Source: Ignavibacteria bacterium
GTDB taxonomy: Bacteria > Bacteroidota > Ignavibacteria > Kapaibacteriales > UBA961
DNA: 64,000 bases
Direction: 5' to 3'
Assembly (NCBI GenBank): GCA_016873735.1
Contig: VGWD01000010.1
Coordinates: 235-64,234 of the forward strand
Shown here one piece after another: positions 8,858-18,992 of this stretch. Position 1 is the stretch's first letter. Every line of letters begins with the position of its first letter. The notes below the pieces were generated by a model. That model saw only the letters and a list, made by a program, of their open reading frames with translations. It had not been told where the DNA came from and ran no database searches. The position numbers were made by a program, and so were the translations under genes.

Positions 8858-10441
8858 ATGAATGAAATAAACATTATTGCATTAAGCATCGTTGTTTTTG
8901 CCGTCGGCTTTGTACTCGCATATTTTGTGGGTAGCAGAGTTGGTAAGGCAAAGATCGGCGAAGCGGAAGAAAGAAAAAAACTGATCATCGAGGAAGCCGG
9001 AAAAGAAGCCGCAGCTTTAAAAAAAGAAAAATTACTCGAGGTCAAGGAAGAATGGCATAAGAACAGACAAGAGTTTGAAACTGAAACTCAAGACAGACGC
9101 AAGCAAATCAAACAACTCGAGCAGCAATTGTCTCAGCGCGAGGAATCCATTGAGAATAAACTGGAATTGATTACCCGCAAGGAAAAAACAATTCAGCAAG
9201 CAGAACAATCATTCTCTCAAAGAGAAGATGAAGTTCTAAAGAAAGAACAATCAGCACGCGACAAGGCAAAGAAGATTGATACATTGCTCGAGGAGCAAAC
9301 AGTTCGTTTGGAACGCATAACCGGTATGTCCAGGGAAGATGCAAAGAAATTCCTCATGGAAAACATGGTTGACGATGCAAAACTTGAAGCGGCGCAAATG
9401 ATCAAAGATATTCGTGACGAAGCAAAGATCAATGCTCACAAAGAAGCCCAAAAATTAGTCATTCAAGCAATTCAGCGTACTGCATCAGATCATTGCGTTG
9501 AAACAACGGTTTCTGTTGTGAATCTTGCAAGTGATGAAATGAAAGGTCGCATCATTGGTCGTGAAGGCAGAAATATTCGCGCTTTTGAAGCTGCAACCGG
9601 TATCGATCTCATCATAGATGACACACCTGAAGCAGTTGTGATATCCGGATTCGATCCATTCAGAAGAGAAGTTGCAAGAGTCGCACTCGAGCGATTGATG
9701 TCTGATGGAAGAATTCACCCTGCACGCATCGAAGAAGTTGTGGACAAGGCTCGCAAAGAGTTGGAAGAGGAGATCATACGAGTTGGTGAATCCGCTTTGA
9801 TGGAACTCAATATTCCGAATATGCATCCCGAATTGATTCGCCATATCGGAAAAATGAAATATCGTTCAAGCTACGGACAAAACCTGTTACATCACTCAAT
9901 TGAAGTTGGGTATCTCTGTGGAGTGATGGCCGTTGAATTGAATCTTGATGTGCATAAAGCAAAAAGAGCAGGTCTTCTGCATGATGTAGGTAAATGTGTC
10001 GATCGCAATATTGAAGGACCTCATGCACTTCTTGGTTTTGATCTTGCAAAGAAATACAAAGAAGACCCTATTGTGTGCAATGCAATCGGTGCCCATCACG
10101 AAGACATTGAAATGGAAAGTGTGATTGCCGTCATTGTTCAAGCTGCCGACAGCATCAGTGGCGCTCGCCCCGGTGCTCGCCGTGAATCCGTTGAGAATTA
10201 TGTGAAGCGATTGGAAAAACTCGAAGAATTGGCCACTGCATTCGAAGGCGTCACAAAAACATATGCCATTCAAGCAGGTCGTGAAGTGCGTGTGATTGTC
10301 GAACCGGAAAGAGTGGATGATTTGAGAGCAGATCAAATCGCACATGATCTTGCCGCACAGATTGAAAATGACATGGAATATCCAGGTCAAATCAAAGTGG
10401 TTGTCATTCGCGAACGCAGAAGCATGTCAATAGCAAAATAA
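8858..10441 (+). CDS. rny: Ribonuclease Y
   Basis: N-terminal TM helix, coiled coil, KH domain (MKGRIIGREGRNIR), HD domain (LLHDVGK), C-terminal YAIQAGREVR. Confidence 0.97.
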   Translation: MNEINIIALSIVVFAVGFVLAYFVGSRVGKAKIGEAEERKKLIIEEAGKEAAALKKEKLLEVKEEWHKNRQEFETETQDRRKQIKQLEQQLSQREESIENKLELITRKEKTIQQAEQSFSQREDEVLKKEQSARDKAKKIDTLLEEQTVRLERITGMSREDAKKFLMENMVDDAKLEAAQMIKDIRDEAKINAHKEAQKLVIQAIQRTASDHCVETTVSVVNLASDEMKGRIIGREGRNIRAFEAATGIDLIIDDTPEAVVISGFDPFRREVARVALERLMSDGRIHPARIEEVVDKARKELEEEIIRVGESALMELNIPNMHPELIRHIGKMKYRSSYGQNLLHHSIEVGYLCGVMAVELNLDVHKAKRAGLLHDVGKCVDRNIEGPHALLGFDLAKKYKEDPIVCNAIGAHHEDIEMESVIAVIVQAADSISGARPGARRESVENYVKRLEKLEELATAFEGVTKTYAIQAGREVRVIVEPERVDDLRADQIAHDLAAQIENDMEYPGQIKVVVIRERRSMSIAK

Positions 10442-10467
10442 TTTTCACCATTACCGAAATTCATAAC

Positions 10468-11643
10468 ATGGCACATTCATATATCATTTCAGCGAAAAGA
10501 ACTCCAATAGGAGCTTTTCTCGGATCACTCTCCGGATTCAGTGCTCCGCAATTGGGAGCAATCGCAATTAAATCCGCATTGGAAGAAGCCGGCATTCAAC
10601 CCAATCAAGTAAGTGAAGTGATCATGGGAAATGTCTTGACAGCCGGCGTGGGCCAAGCTCCCGCAAGACAAGCTGCACTCGGCGCAGGTTTACCTGAAAG
10701 CGTTCCGTGCATGACAATCAATAAAGTTTGTGGCAGTGGATTGAAATCAGTCATGCTTGGTGATCAAGCAATTCGTTGCGGCGATGCAGAAATTGTAGTT
10801 GCCGGCGGGCAAGAATCAATGACGAATGCACCCTATCTACTTCCTAAGGGAAGAACAGGTTATCGCTATGGAAATGGACAAGTTATCGACTCCATGGCTT
10901 ATGATGGACTTACAGATGCATATGCAATTGCCCCCATGGGAAATTTTGCAGAACAATGTGCGAGTGAATGCTCCATTGATCGCTCCATGCAAGATGAATA
11001 TGCAATCATGAGTTATAATCGAGCAATTGAAGCTCAGAAATCAGGTACTTTCTCACATGAAATTGCGCCGGTCATCATAGAAGACAAAAAGGGCTCGGTA
11101 ACAATTGCAGTAGATGAAGAACCGGGCAAAGTTCGATTCGATAAAATCCCTTCTCTCAAACCTGTGTTCACCAAAGATGGAACTGTGACAGCGGCAAATG
11201 CAAGTTCAATAGATGATGGAGCCGCTGCCATTGTGTTGGCTTCCGAAGAAGCAGTGAGCAAGCATAATCTGAAGCCAATTGCCAAAGTGATTGCTCATGT
11301 ATCCTATGCGCATAAACCACAAGACTTCAATACTGCTCCAATTCATGCCATAGAATCAGTCTTGAAAAAAGCCGGCTTGACATTGAATGACATTGATTTG
11401 TTTGAAGTGAATGAAGCATTCGCGGTTACCGCACTTGCTGCAAAAAACACACTTGACATTCCCGTCGAAAAAATGAATGTACATGGTGGTGCAATTGCTC
11501 TTGGACACCCCATTGGAGCTTCAGGTGCAAGAGTACTCACAACCCTGCTTCATGCATTGAAAAGACATGGTAAGAAATATGGTCTTGCAACCCTTTGCAT
11601 CGGTGGCGGAGAAGCCAGCGCTGTGATTGTGGAAGCAATCTGA
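10468..11643 (+). CDS. atoB: Acetyl-CoA C-acetyltransferase (thiolase)
   Basis: TINKVCGSG, EVNEAF, GGAIALGHPIGASG and LCIGGG motifs. Confidence 0.95.
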   Translation: MAHSYIISAKRTPIGAFLGSLSGFSAPQLGAIAIKSALEEAGIQPNQVSEVIMGNVLTAGVGQAPARQAALGAGLPESVPCMTINKVCGSGLKSVMLGDQAIRCGDAEIVVAGGQESMTNAPYLLPKGRTGYRYGNGQVIDSMAYDGLTDAYAIAPMGNFAEQCASECSIDRSMQDEYAIMSYNRAIEAQKSGTFSHEIAPVIIEDKKGSVTIAVDEEPGKVRFDKIPSLKPVFTKDGTVTAANASSIDDGAAAIVLASEEAVSKHNLKPIAKVIAHVSYAHKPQDFNTAPIHAIESVLKKAGLTLNDIDLFEVNEAFAVTALAAKNTLDIPVEKMNVHGGAIALGHPIGASGARVLTTLLHALKRHGKKYGLATLCIGGGEASAVIVEAI

Positions 11644-11650
11644 TAATCAA

Positions 11651-11680
11651 GTGGGGTAATGCGATGAGTATTACCCCGCA
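11651..11680 (+). terminator. Stem-loop after the thiolase gene (terminator-like)
   Basis: GGGGTAATGC / GTATTACCCC stem followed by ATTGTTTT; weak U tract. Confidence 0.55.
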
Positions 11681-11696
11681 TTGTTTTGGACATTCC

Positions 11697-12332
11697 ATGA
11701 AATACAATCTTCATCCTCGTTTCAAAGCATTCGATGCTATGATCGATGAAAATGCCGCCATCTCTAAACGATTGGTGCTTGAGTCTAAATTGCTTCAGGT
11801 ATTCAAAGATGTCCCCTTCCCACTACTTCGTGAAGCTCGCATAGCATATCTGGAAACCATATCTGATTCCGAGGCGATAATTGAGTATTTGGAGAAAATG
11901 ATACCAAAGATAGGTATCTATGCAGGGTCTTTCAATCCATTTCACCTAGGACATTTGAACATCGTTCAAAAAGCATCGGCGATATTTGATAAGGTGATTA
12001 TTGCTAAGGGAATCAATCCGGAAAAAGAACTTGAACATACAACATGGAATGATGAAATATTGCGTAACTATGAAGTCACGGAATTTTCCGGACTCCTCAC
12101 AAATTTTATTGAAGAGCATGCCAAGTATGCGAATGTGACATTGGTGAAGGGATTGAGAAATGGGGATGACTTGGATTATGAAGTAAATCAATTACGATTC
12201 ATGGAAACAATGTATCGTAAACTGAAAGTTGTATTTATTCAATGCGATAAAGAATATGAACATATAAGTTCGACCGCGCTACGAAATCTCGAGCGCATTG
12301 AACCGGGTTTAAGCAAACCTTTTCTTCCCTAA
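11697..12332 (+). CDS. coaD: Phosphopantetheine adenylyltransferase (CoaD-like) with a ~70-aa N-terminal extension
   Basis: IGIYAGSFNPFHLGH, KGLRNGDDLDYE and HISST motifs; start placed at ATG 11697, after the hairpin (ATG 11664 is an alternative). Confidence 0.8.
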   Translation: MKYNLHPRFKAFDAMIDENAAISKRLVLESKLLQVFKDVPFPLLREARIAYLETISDSEAIIEYLEKMIPKIGIYAGSFNPFHLGHLNIVQKASAIFDKVIIAKGINPEKELEHTTWNDEILRNYEVTEFSGLLTNFIEEHAKYANVTLVKGLRNGDDLDYEVNQLRFMETMYRKLKVVFIQCDKEYEHISSTALRNLERIEPGLSKPFLP

Positions 12333-12333
12333 T

Positions 12334-13269
12334 TCAAGCACATTGAGATTCCAAAAAGGTAATCTTACCATCATGAGCATCCATTCTGATACGAATACCA
12401 AATGGCAGTGTCAATTTCCTCTTGATATGACCATAAGGGAATGTTCCTAGTACTGGGCATTGGATGCGGCCAGCATAATCCGAGATGATTTCTTGATAGG
12501 ATCTTTGAGGGACGGATACAACAGGTTGATTCGGCGGTGTAAAATCTCCGATCAATAATCCTTTGATGGAATGCAATACGCCGGATAATTCCAACTGAGA
12601 AAGATATCTGTCAATCCGATAAGGTTCTTCCCCAATATCTTCAATCATCAATATCGAATCATAGAATACAGACATGAATGAAGATCCGCATAATGTTGCA
12701 AGGAGACAAAGATTTCCGCAGATGAGATTCCCTTCAGCATTTCCTTCTTTATAGATTTCCGAAGTATCAACATGAATGTTTGTATCATGTATATCGCTGG
12801 TGAGCATTGACCAAAATGATGCTTCGGTGAATGTGTCAATGTCATCAGCAAAATCAACAGAAGGCATTGCTCCGGAATATGTGATCAATCCTGTGCGGGA
12901 AAATATTGCCGCTTGCAATGCAGTGGTATCAGAGAAGCCGATGAATGGTTTTGGATTTGCACGAATGATATCATAATTCACATGATTGAGAATTCTTGTG
13001 GTTCCATACCCACCTCTGGCACACATGATCGCATCGATGGTTTCATCTGCGAACATTGTTTCAATGTCTTCAATGCGTTGTTGATCAGTTCCTGACAAAT
13101 ATCCTGCATGGGAATCAAGAGCATGTCTACCTATCAGCACTTCATATCCTTTGCTTTCTAGATATACTATGCCTCTTTGCAAACGCGCAGGATCTCTTTG
13201 CGGCGAAGCCGGAGAAATTATGCCAATTCTTGATCCTGTTGCAAGCGAAAGTGGTTTGCATGTTGTCAT
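12334..13269 (-). CDS. ldcA: LD-carboxypeptidase (peptidase S66)
   Basis: CARGGYG, IGFSD (nucleophile Ser), IEDIGE and YGH motifs. Confidence 0.92.
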   Translation of the reverse strand: MTTCKPLSLATGSRIGIISPASPQRDPARLQRGIVYLESKGYEVLIGRHALDSHAGYLSGTDQQRIEDIETMFADETIDAIMCARGGYGTTRILNHVNYDIIRANPKPFIGFSDTTALQAAIFSRTGLITYSGAMPSVDFADDIDTFTEASFWSMLTSDIHDTNIHVDTSEIYKEGNAEGNLICGNLCLLATLCGSSFMSVFYDSILMIEDIGEEPYRIDRYLSQLELSGVLHSIKGLLIGDFTPPNQPVVSVPQRSYQEIISDYAGRIQCPVLGTFPYGHIKRKLTLPFGIRIRMDAHDGKITFLESQCA

Positions 13270-14165
13270 TGCTTCATTCCAAGCGATTGTACATAAGCTC
13301 TGGGAACAGCAAGAAGTTTTTCGATGAATGTCAAATGTGCTCGTTCCACATAAGGATTATACTGCATTGACTTCAGCTTATTTAATATTCGTCGATAATT
13401 CGTGCTCATGAGTTGCACAGTCAATCTACTGTCCTTGTCAAGATAAGGAATGCCTTTATCAGCGCTGTCATAATACGCATTGGCTCTTTCCACTTGAAAC
13501 TTCATCAATGAGAGAAATTCCGGAGTGGGTTTTTTCTGTAAAATATCATGTTCGCTTATGCCGAATTGTAGCAACTCGGTTTGGGGAATATAAATACGAC
13601 CTCTATCTGCATCTTCTGCAATGTCCCTGCAAATATTCGTGAGCTGCATTGCAATGCCAAGATCAATAGCATGTGGCAAAGCATCAGGGTGAGAATAACG
13701 AAAAATTTCGGAAGTCATCAAGCCAACAACCGAAGCAACTTTATAGCAGTATGTGTATAATTCATCAAAGGTATTGAATCGATCCAAATATGTATCCATC
13801 AATACGCCTTCGATCAACTCTTCGGGAAGATGAGAGGGAATGGCATAATGTGAAAGTGTATCTCCCCAAGCCATCATCACGAGTGAAGTGCCATGATCCA
13901 CAGTGGATTGAGCATGTCCTTCATAGACATTTCGAATTGCACTTCTCCATTGCTCCACCAATTGAATTGTATCTTGGATCAAAGATTCTTTAGGAGCATT
14001 ATCGACCAAGTCATCCACATATCTGCAAAAAGCATAAACTGCATAGCAAGCCTTGCGTTTCTCTTTTTCGAGAAATAAAGAAGCAAAATAGAATGTCTTG
14101 GCATGATTGAAAGTAACATTCTTGCAATGCTCATAGGCTTGATCTATTGAAGCTTGCTGTATCAT
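13266..14165 (-). CDS. crtB: Phytoene synthase (squalene/phytoene synthase family)
   Basis: YAFCRYVDDLVD, YCYKVASVVG, LGIAMQLTNICRDIAEDADRGRIY. Confidence 0.93.
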   Translation of the reverse strand: MIQQASIDQAYEHCKNVTFNHAKTFYFASLFLEKEKRKACYAVYAFCRYVDDLVDNAPKESLIQDTIQLVEQWRSAIRNVYEGHAQSTVDHGTSLVMMAWGDTLSHYAIPSHLPEELIEGVLMDTYLDRFNTFDELYTYCYKVASVVGLMTSEIFRYSHPDALPHAIDLGIAMQLTNICRDIAEDADRGRIYIPQTELLQFGISEHDILQKKPTPEFLSLMKFQVERANAYYDSADKGIPYLDKDSRLTVQLMSTNYRRILNKLKSMQYNPYVERAHLTFIEKLLAVPRAYVQSLGMKQ

Positions 14166-14166
14166 A

Positions 14167-16998
14167 TTAAAAACCTGCCGAAAATCCTAGACGTACGGTT
14201 CTTCTTGTGAGGTATCGAGCAGGGTTGAATTGATAAGGAGATAGAGGTGCCTGTAAATCGGGATATAATGGATCATTCATTCCAATCGGAGTTGCATCTC
14301 CATATTCATATGCTCTGCCTGTTACAGGATTGAGTATCGTGGAATTTTTATTGTCAAAGAGATTGATCACTTCAAGAGTGAATGTGATTGGAGCACCACC
14401 GATTCGCAGCGTCTTTTGAATATTGAGTTCAAACCACCACCAAGGATCTCCTATTGCACCAAAGGGTCTTGTTTCATCGATACGGTATACTGGTCTACCA
14501 TTATCCAATACCTGCTGTTGTCCCGTACTCGGATCGATCACGGGAACCTGAGGCGTATAACGCATTCCTGATTGATAGAAAAATCGAATGAAAGCATTCA
14601 ATTCGTCCAAACCTTCAATCCCCAAAAATGGTTTGCCTTTACCTGCATTGAAATTTGCCGTGGCATTCATTTGCAAAGGTCTGTCCCAGGGCATGAAGTC
14701 TTCTGTGATTCTTTCTGCAGTAAGACCACGATCCACAAGTGCAGCTTGTTCGGCAGAAGATGATTTACCCGTGACAACGGAATATGTGGCAGAGAAAACT
14801 CCGGAGAACCAATCGCTAATGCGTTTCTTATACTCAACTTCCAGACCTCTTGATCGTGCATAATCCCCATTGATATATGTGGTGAATGAACCACCAAGTA
14901 AGCGAGGATTCTGATTCTGAATTCTTCTGGAAGTCACATAATCAAAGATGTCTTTATAATATGCCGTGATAGTCAATACATCATTTTCAGTCAATTGATT
15001 GCGAATGCCAAGTTCATAACTGATTGTTGTTTCAAAACTCAAATCAGGATTGCCATAACGCTGAAATGAAGAGCCCGCTGCCTGGGGAGATAATTTTGCA
15101 TAAACAAATTGCGGACGTGGCAGTTTATTGAAATGACCATAACTGAAAAAGAGCATTTGATTTTCAGTGATAGGATGAGATACACCAAGACGTGGGCTTA
15201 AACGAGCTTTCCATCTTCTTCCAAACATTCCAAATGTGCCTTCATTATACGAAGCTCTTTGATTGTCTGTGATTGTAGGTATATTTTCATTATTGATGGC
15301 TTCATCTACAAGCAATCCCGGTGCCCAGATGTCCATGCGCAATCCATAATTCAAAATCAACCCTTTGAATGAGATATTGTTTTGTGCATAGAGGGCGCCG
15401 ATTGTCGCATTGGTTTTGAAGATGTCATTGTTCAAACCCAAGGGTCCAAGCCATGGAGAAAAGATCTCGGCTTGTTGCAATTCCTGAAAACGAAATTCTG
15501 CACCTGCTTTGATTTTGTTTTTTTCTGACAGATATGTGGTGAGATCTCCACGCACTGTCCATTCATCCATATAATGCTCCCTCCAAATGAAACCATTTCC
15601 TGTATCAAAAAAACCATCCCCCGGAATGATGCCAAGTTTATTGCTATCACCGGTGTCAAAGTAATCAGCAGGAATTTGAGGAATATCCTGAGGTTCGGTG
15701 TATTGCGAGAATGATCTTCCATTTGCATCCACTTTCAAATGCGTGAAGAAATTACTTACACGGATTTCATACAATGTTGAAGGGCCAAGTGAATGATACA
15801 TCGTGAATGAATGTAATTTCTGCATCGTGGCATATGATAATGCTCCATCGAAATTACTTTGAAAAGTAAATTGATATCCCGGATCCGGTAGAACATATTC
15901 CAAATTTGTCTGAACTGTTCTGGTATTCCGATTCAATGCAAAGTTTCTTGTATGAGTATATGTGAAACGAAGAGAAGGAGAAAAAGTCCATGTCAATTTT
16001 CCCATCATATTGATTGCATTGTCTTGCCTGAGAGCAAAATCATATGATAATAATGATGACTTCACCGGTGCTCTGGCGAATTCAGGAACCAAATCATCGG
16101 AAACATTCCCATAGAAATTTGTGAAAAAGCTGATTTTTCCCGGTAAAGAAATACCCAGAGCGGGAAGAAGTTGAGAAGTGATAGGTTCGGGGCCAGAAAA
16201 TGTCAATTCCAAAATATCTGTCAAGAATGATGAATTTGTGTCGCGATCCAATGCACTTCGTTCAAACATTCTCCATGCTCTTCTCAATGCTCCTGATCCT
16301 TCATACCTGGATGCCCCTTCGCGAGTTTTGATATTGATGACGCCACTTGTGGCCTGACCATATTCGGGATTAAATCCTCCCGTTATCACTTCTACTTCTT
16401 GCAATGAATTCGCTGATAATTGAAGTCCGAATCCTGTTCCGGCCAATGGATCCTGAATTGAAACACCGTCAAGTAGATAGGCCGCTTCATAACCACGTCC
16501 TCCACGAATAAAAATCTCATTGTTTTGTGAAACCAGACCGGTTTGTTGCGTCAGTACATCCGTAACATTTTCGGCAACCATTTGCTGTATGTTCTCTCTG
16601 TTCACAGCACGCATGCTTTGTGTTTCTTCAACATCCACCATTGGTCTTTCGCCGATGACCAAAACATCTTTTTCAAGCGAGAAATTTGATTCTTCCATTG
16701 AAAAATTCAATATCAATGTGTCTGATTTTGGTAGTGAAATCCCTGTCTTTTTTATAGTTCTGTATCCGATGCGAGTGATTTCCAATGTATAGGTTTTTCC
16801 ACCTGGAATTTTTTTGACCACATAATTTCCATTTGCATCCGAAATCGCACCATAATAGGTTCCCAATACTCGAACGGTTGCAGATGAAATGGGTTTTTTT
16901 GAAGATTTGTCCGTAATGGTTCCACGAATCATCGACTGAGCAAATGATGATATGGGGTAAAATACAATGCAAATACAAAGAGTAATAAAAAGTCGCAT
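14167..16998 (-). CDS. TonB-dependent outer membrane receptor with N-terminal carboxypeptidase-regulatory-like domain
   Basis: Signal peptide, IRGTITD N-domain, plug IFIRGGR...GGFNPEYG...SGVINI, NPDLSFETT, C-terminal Phe. Confidence 0.92.
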   Translation of the reverse strand: MRLFITLCICIVFYPISSFAQSMIRGTITDKSSKKPISSATVRVLGTYYGAISDANGNYVVKKIPGGKTYTLEITRIGYRTIKKTGISLPKSDTLILNFSMEESNFSLEKDVLVIGERPMVDVEETQSMRAVNRENIQQMVAENVTDVLTQQTGLVSQNNEIFIRGGRGYEAAYLLDGVSIQDPLAGTGFGLQLSANSLQEVEVITGGFNPEYGQATSGVINIKTREGASRYEGSGALRRAWRMFERSALDRDTNSSFLTDILELTFSGPEPITSQLLPALGISLPGKISFFTNFYGNVSDDLVPEFARAPVKSSLLSYDFALRQDNAINMMGKLTWTFSPSLRFTYTHTRNFALNRNTRTVQTNLEYVLPDPGYQFTFQSNFDGALSYATMQKLHSFTMYHSLGPSTLYEIRVSNFFTHLKVDANGRSFSQYTEPQDIPQIPADYFDTGDSNKLGIIPGDGFFDTGNGFIWREHYMDEWTVRGDLTTYLSEKNKIKAGAEFRFQELQQAEIFSPWLGPLGLNNDIFKTNATIGALYAQNNISFKGLILNYGLRMDIWAPGLLVDEAINNENIPTITDNQRASYNEGTFGMFGRRWKARLSPRLGVSHPITENQMLFFSYGHFNKLPRPQFVYAKLSPQAAGSSFQRYGNPDLSFETTISYELGIRNQLTENDVLTITAYYKDIFDYVTSRRIQNQNPRLLGGSFTTYINGDYARSRGLEVEYKKRISDWFSGVFSATYSVVTGKSSSAEQAALVDRGLTAERITEDFMPWDRPLQMNATANFNAGKGKPFLGIEGLDELNAFIRFFYQSGMRYTPQVPVIDPSTGQQQVLDNGRPVYRIDETRPFGAIGDPWWWFELNIQKTLRIGGAPITFTLEVINLFDNKNSTILNPVTGRAYEYGDATPIGMNDPLYPDLQAPLSPYQFNPARYLTRRTVRLGFSAGF

Positions 16999-17027
16999 GA
17001 GATAATGTTATGTCTAAAAAAATATCA

Positions 17028-17035
17028 CAAATGTA
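17028..17035 (-). promoter_or_regulatory. Putative -7 promoter element TACATTTG upstream of the TBDR-crtB-ldcA unit
   Basis: Exact TAnnTTTG on the minus strand, 30 nt before the start. Confidence 0.55.
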
Positions 17036-17055
17036 CGGTATCGCTTGGATTCATT

Positions 17056-17244
17056 TCACAAGGCATCCTGATTAAATCCATATGGACAATGCCTGCAGCG
17101 ATTTTTACAGCAATAGCCACGTCTTAGATGCTTGGTTTTTGTAAACACCAAATTTCTGGTGAATGGATCTCTGTAGAATTCTTTTCCTTCATAGCAGGTG
17201 CGATCATGTATTTCAATGATGATGGTTTTTTCTTTTTCTGTCAT
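17056..17244 (-). CDS. Small DUF5522-like cysteine-rich protein
   Basis: LVFTKTKHLRRGYCCKNRCRHCPYG motif; ATGA-coupled to the upstream transporter. Confidence 0.8.
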   Translation of the reverse strand: MTEKEKTIIIEIHDRTCYEGKEFYRDPFTRNLVFTKTKHLRRGYCCKNRCRHCPYGFNQDAL

Positions 17245-18074
17245 GTTTGTTTTTGGCGTATGATGCTTCTGATGATTATTGCCAATAAAACGATGGCGCC
17301 ACCCATGAATGCTCCTTTGCCGGGTATTTCACCAGCCACAAGGAAAACCCAAAGAGGATTCAGCAAAGGCTCGAGTACAGGTATCAGTACAGATTCCAAA
17401 GCAGTGACATGTTGTATTGCTTTTGCATATAGAATATAAGGTATACCCAATTGCACAATCCCCAGCAGGAATATTCCAATCAAAGAATTACCACTCATGG
17501 GTATTGATTCTATGATCCAAAAAGCTCCAAATAATCCTGTGAGTAGATTTCCAAGCAAAATGGACTCAAAAGGTGAGTCATGTTTTTGCATGCGCAATGA
17601 AATGGCCAATCCGGCAAATGCAAAGCCTGAGCATATTGCAATGATATTTCCCGTCAGTCCTGACATCGTTAACTCATCCAGAAAGAACAAACACATACCT
17701 ATGATGACTGCAATCACGGAAATCCAATCAATGATGGACACGCGTTCTTTGAGGAAAAATCCGGAAAATAATGCAACCCAAATCGGACCTGTATACTGAA
17801 GCAGAATTGCATTGGCAGGGCCGGTTAATTTATTTGCAAGCACAAACAATATCACGGTTAATGCATACATAAGCGCACCAATCATTTGAGCTTTTGAGAG
17901 GGTGAATCGAGGTTTTTTCAAAAATGCCCAAAGTACAAAGCCTGCAATGATGCTGCGGCCACCTGCAATCGCAAATGGATGTGCTTCTATTGATTTGATC
18001 AGAAGCCCACCAGTGCTCCAAAGCATGGCGGTGATCAAAAGATATAGTATCGAGATTCTATGCGTCACATTCAA
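17241..18074 (-). CDS. DMT/EamA family transporter
   Basis: ~10 TM segments in two repeats; ANAILLQYTGPIWVAL, LEPLLNPLW. Confidence 0.9.
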   Translation of the reverse strand: MNVTHRISILYLLITAMLWSTGGLLIKSIEAHPFAIAGGRSIIAGFVLWAFLKKPRFTLSKAQMIGALMYALTVILFVLANKLTGPANAILLQYTGPIWVALFSGFFLKERVSIIDWISVIAVIIGMCLFFLDELTMSGLTGNIIAICSGFAFAGLAISLRMQKHDSPFESILLGNLLTGLFGAFWIIESIPMSGNSLIGIFLLGIVQLGIPYILYAKAIQHVTALESVLIPVLEPLLNPLWVFLVAGEIPGKGAFMGGAIVLLAIIIRSIIRQKQT

Positions 18075-18179
18075 TTTCCTTGAAGGACAAAGATAGAGAC
18101 TCTACACTAGATATAGTCGGGATATGCGTTTGATTTCCGTAATTTGCAAACATCCCTTGTCCAATTCTACTCCAAGATC

Positions 18180-18992
18180 ATGTCACAAACTCTTACCATT
18201 CTTTTTATAGGCGACATTGTCGGGAATCCCGGCATGAATGCCATACGCATGTTTTTGAAAAGTTTCATCGACAAACACCAGGCAGATATTGTTATTGTCA
18301 ATGGCGAAAATATTTGCAATGGGAAGGGAGTAACCGAGAAAGAAGCCACTGAATTGTTCAATCTTGGTGCTCATGTGATCACGACCGGGAACCATATATG
18401 GGAGAATTGGCAAGCACGACCTTTGCTATCTTCGAATCCAATGGTTCTAAGACCCTATAATTATCCACCCGGAAATGCAGGAAAAGGGATGACGATCATC
18501 GAATTGCCTCATATTCCTCCTGTTGGTGTTATGCAATTGCAAGGTCGGACCTATATGCAGAGCATCGATTGTCCATTTCGAGGAGTCGATCATGCGATAG
18601 CAAAGTTGAGTGAGCGCACTCCAATCATCATAATGGATTTTCATGCCGATGCCACTGCTGAGAAGATTTCCATGGGCTGGCATGTGGATGGTAGGGTAAG
18701 CGCTGTTTTGGGTACTCACACACATGTGCAAACAGCTGATGCCACCATTTTGCCGAAAGGAACTGCCTATATTTCTGATGTTGGCATGACTGGGCCCTAT
18801 GACTCCGTTTTGGGAATGAGTAAAGAGATAGCTTTGAAGCGCTTATTGCTTCAAACAGCTCATAAATATGAAATGGCAGAAAATGATGCAAAATTATGTG
18901 GTGTTGTTTTGAAAGTGAATAAGAATACCGGTAAATCGGAAAGTATTGAAGCATTTATGTATCCAAAAATGCGAACATCGATTCATGAGTGA
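18180..18992 (+). CDS. ymdB: YmdB/TIGR00282 family metallophosphoesterase
   Basis: LFIGDIVG, VNGEN, TTGNH, DFHADATAEK, GTHTHVQTAD, DVGMTGP; ATG 18180 chosen over TTG 18144. Confidence 0.93.
   Translation: MSQTLTILFIGDIVGNPGMNAIRMFLKSFIDKHQADIVIVNGENICNGKGVTEKEATELFNLGAHVITTGNHIWENWQARPLLSSNPMVLRPYNYPPGNAGKGMTIIELPHIPPVGVMQLQGRTYMQSIDCPFRGVDHAIAKLSERTPIIIMDFHADATAEKISMGWHVDGRVSAVLGTHTHVQTADATILPKGTAYISDVGMTGPYDSVLGMSKEIALKRLLLQTAHKYEMAENDAKLCGVVLKVNKNTGKSESIEAFMYPKMRTSIHE

Noticed and set aside
9217-10390. Numerous 60-170-aa antisense or alternate-frame ORFs inside long genes (for example 9896-10390, 19291-19761, 28658-29152, 34441-34974, 59705-60214)
   Set aside because: Shadow ORFs of well-supported genes, with no motifs or RBS
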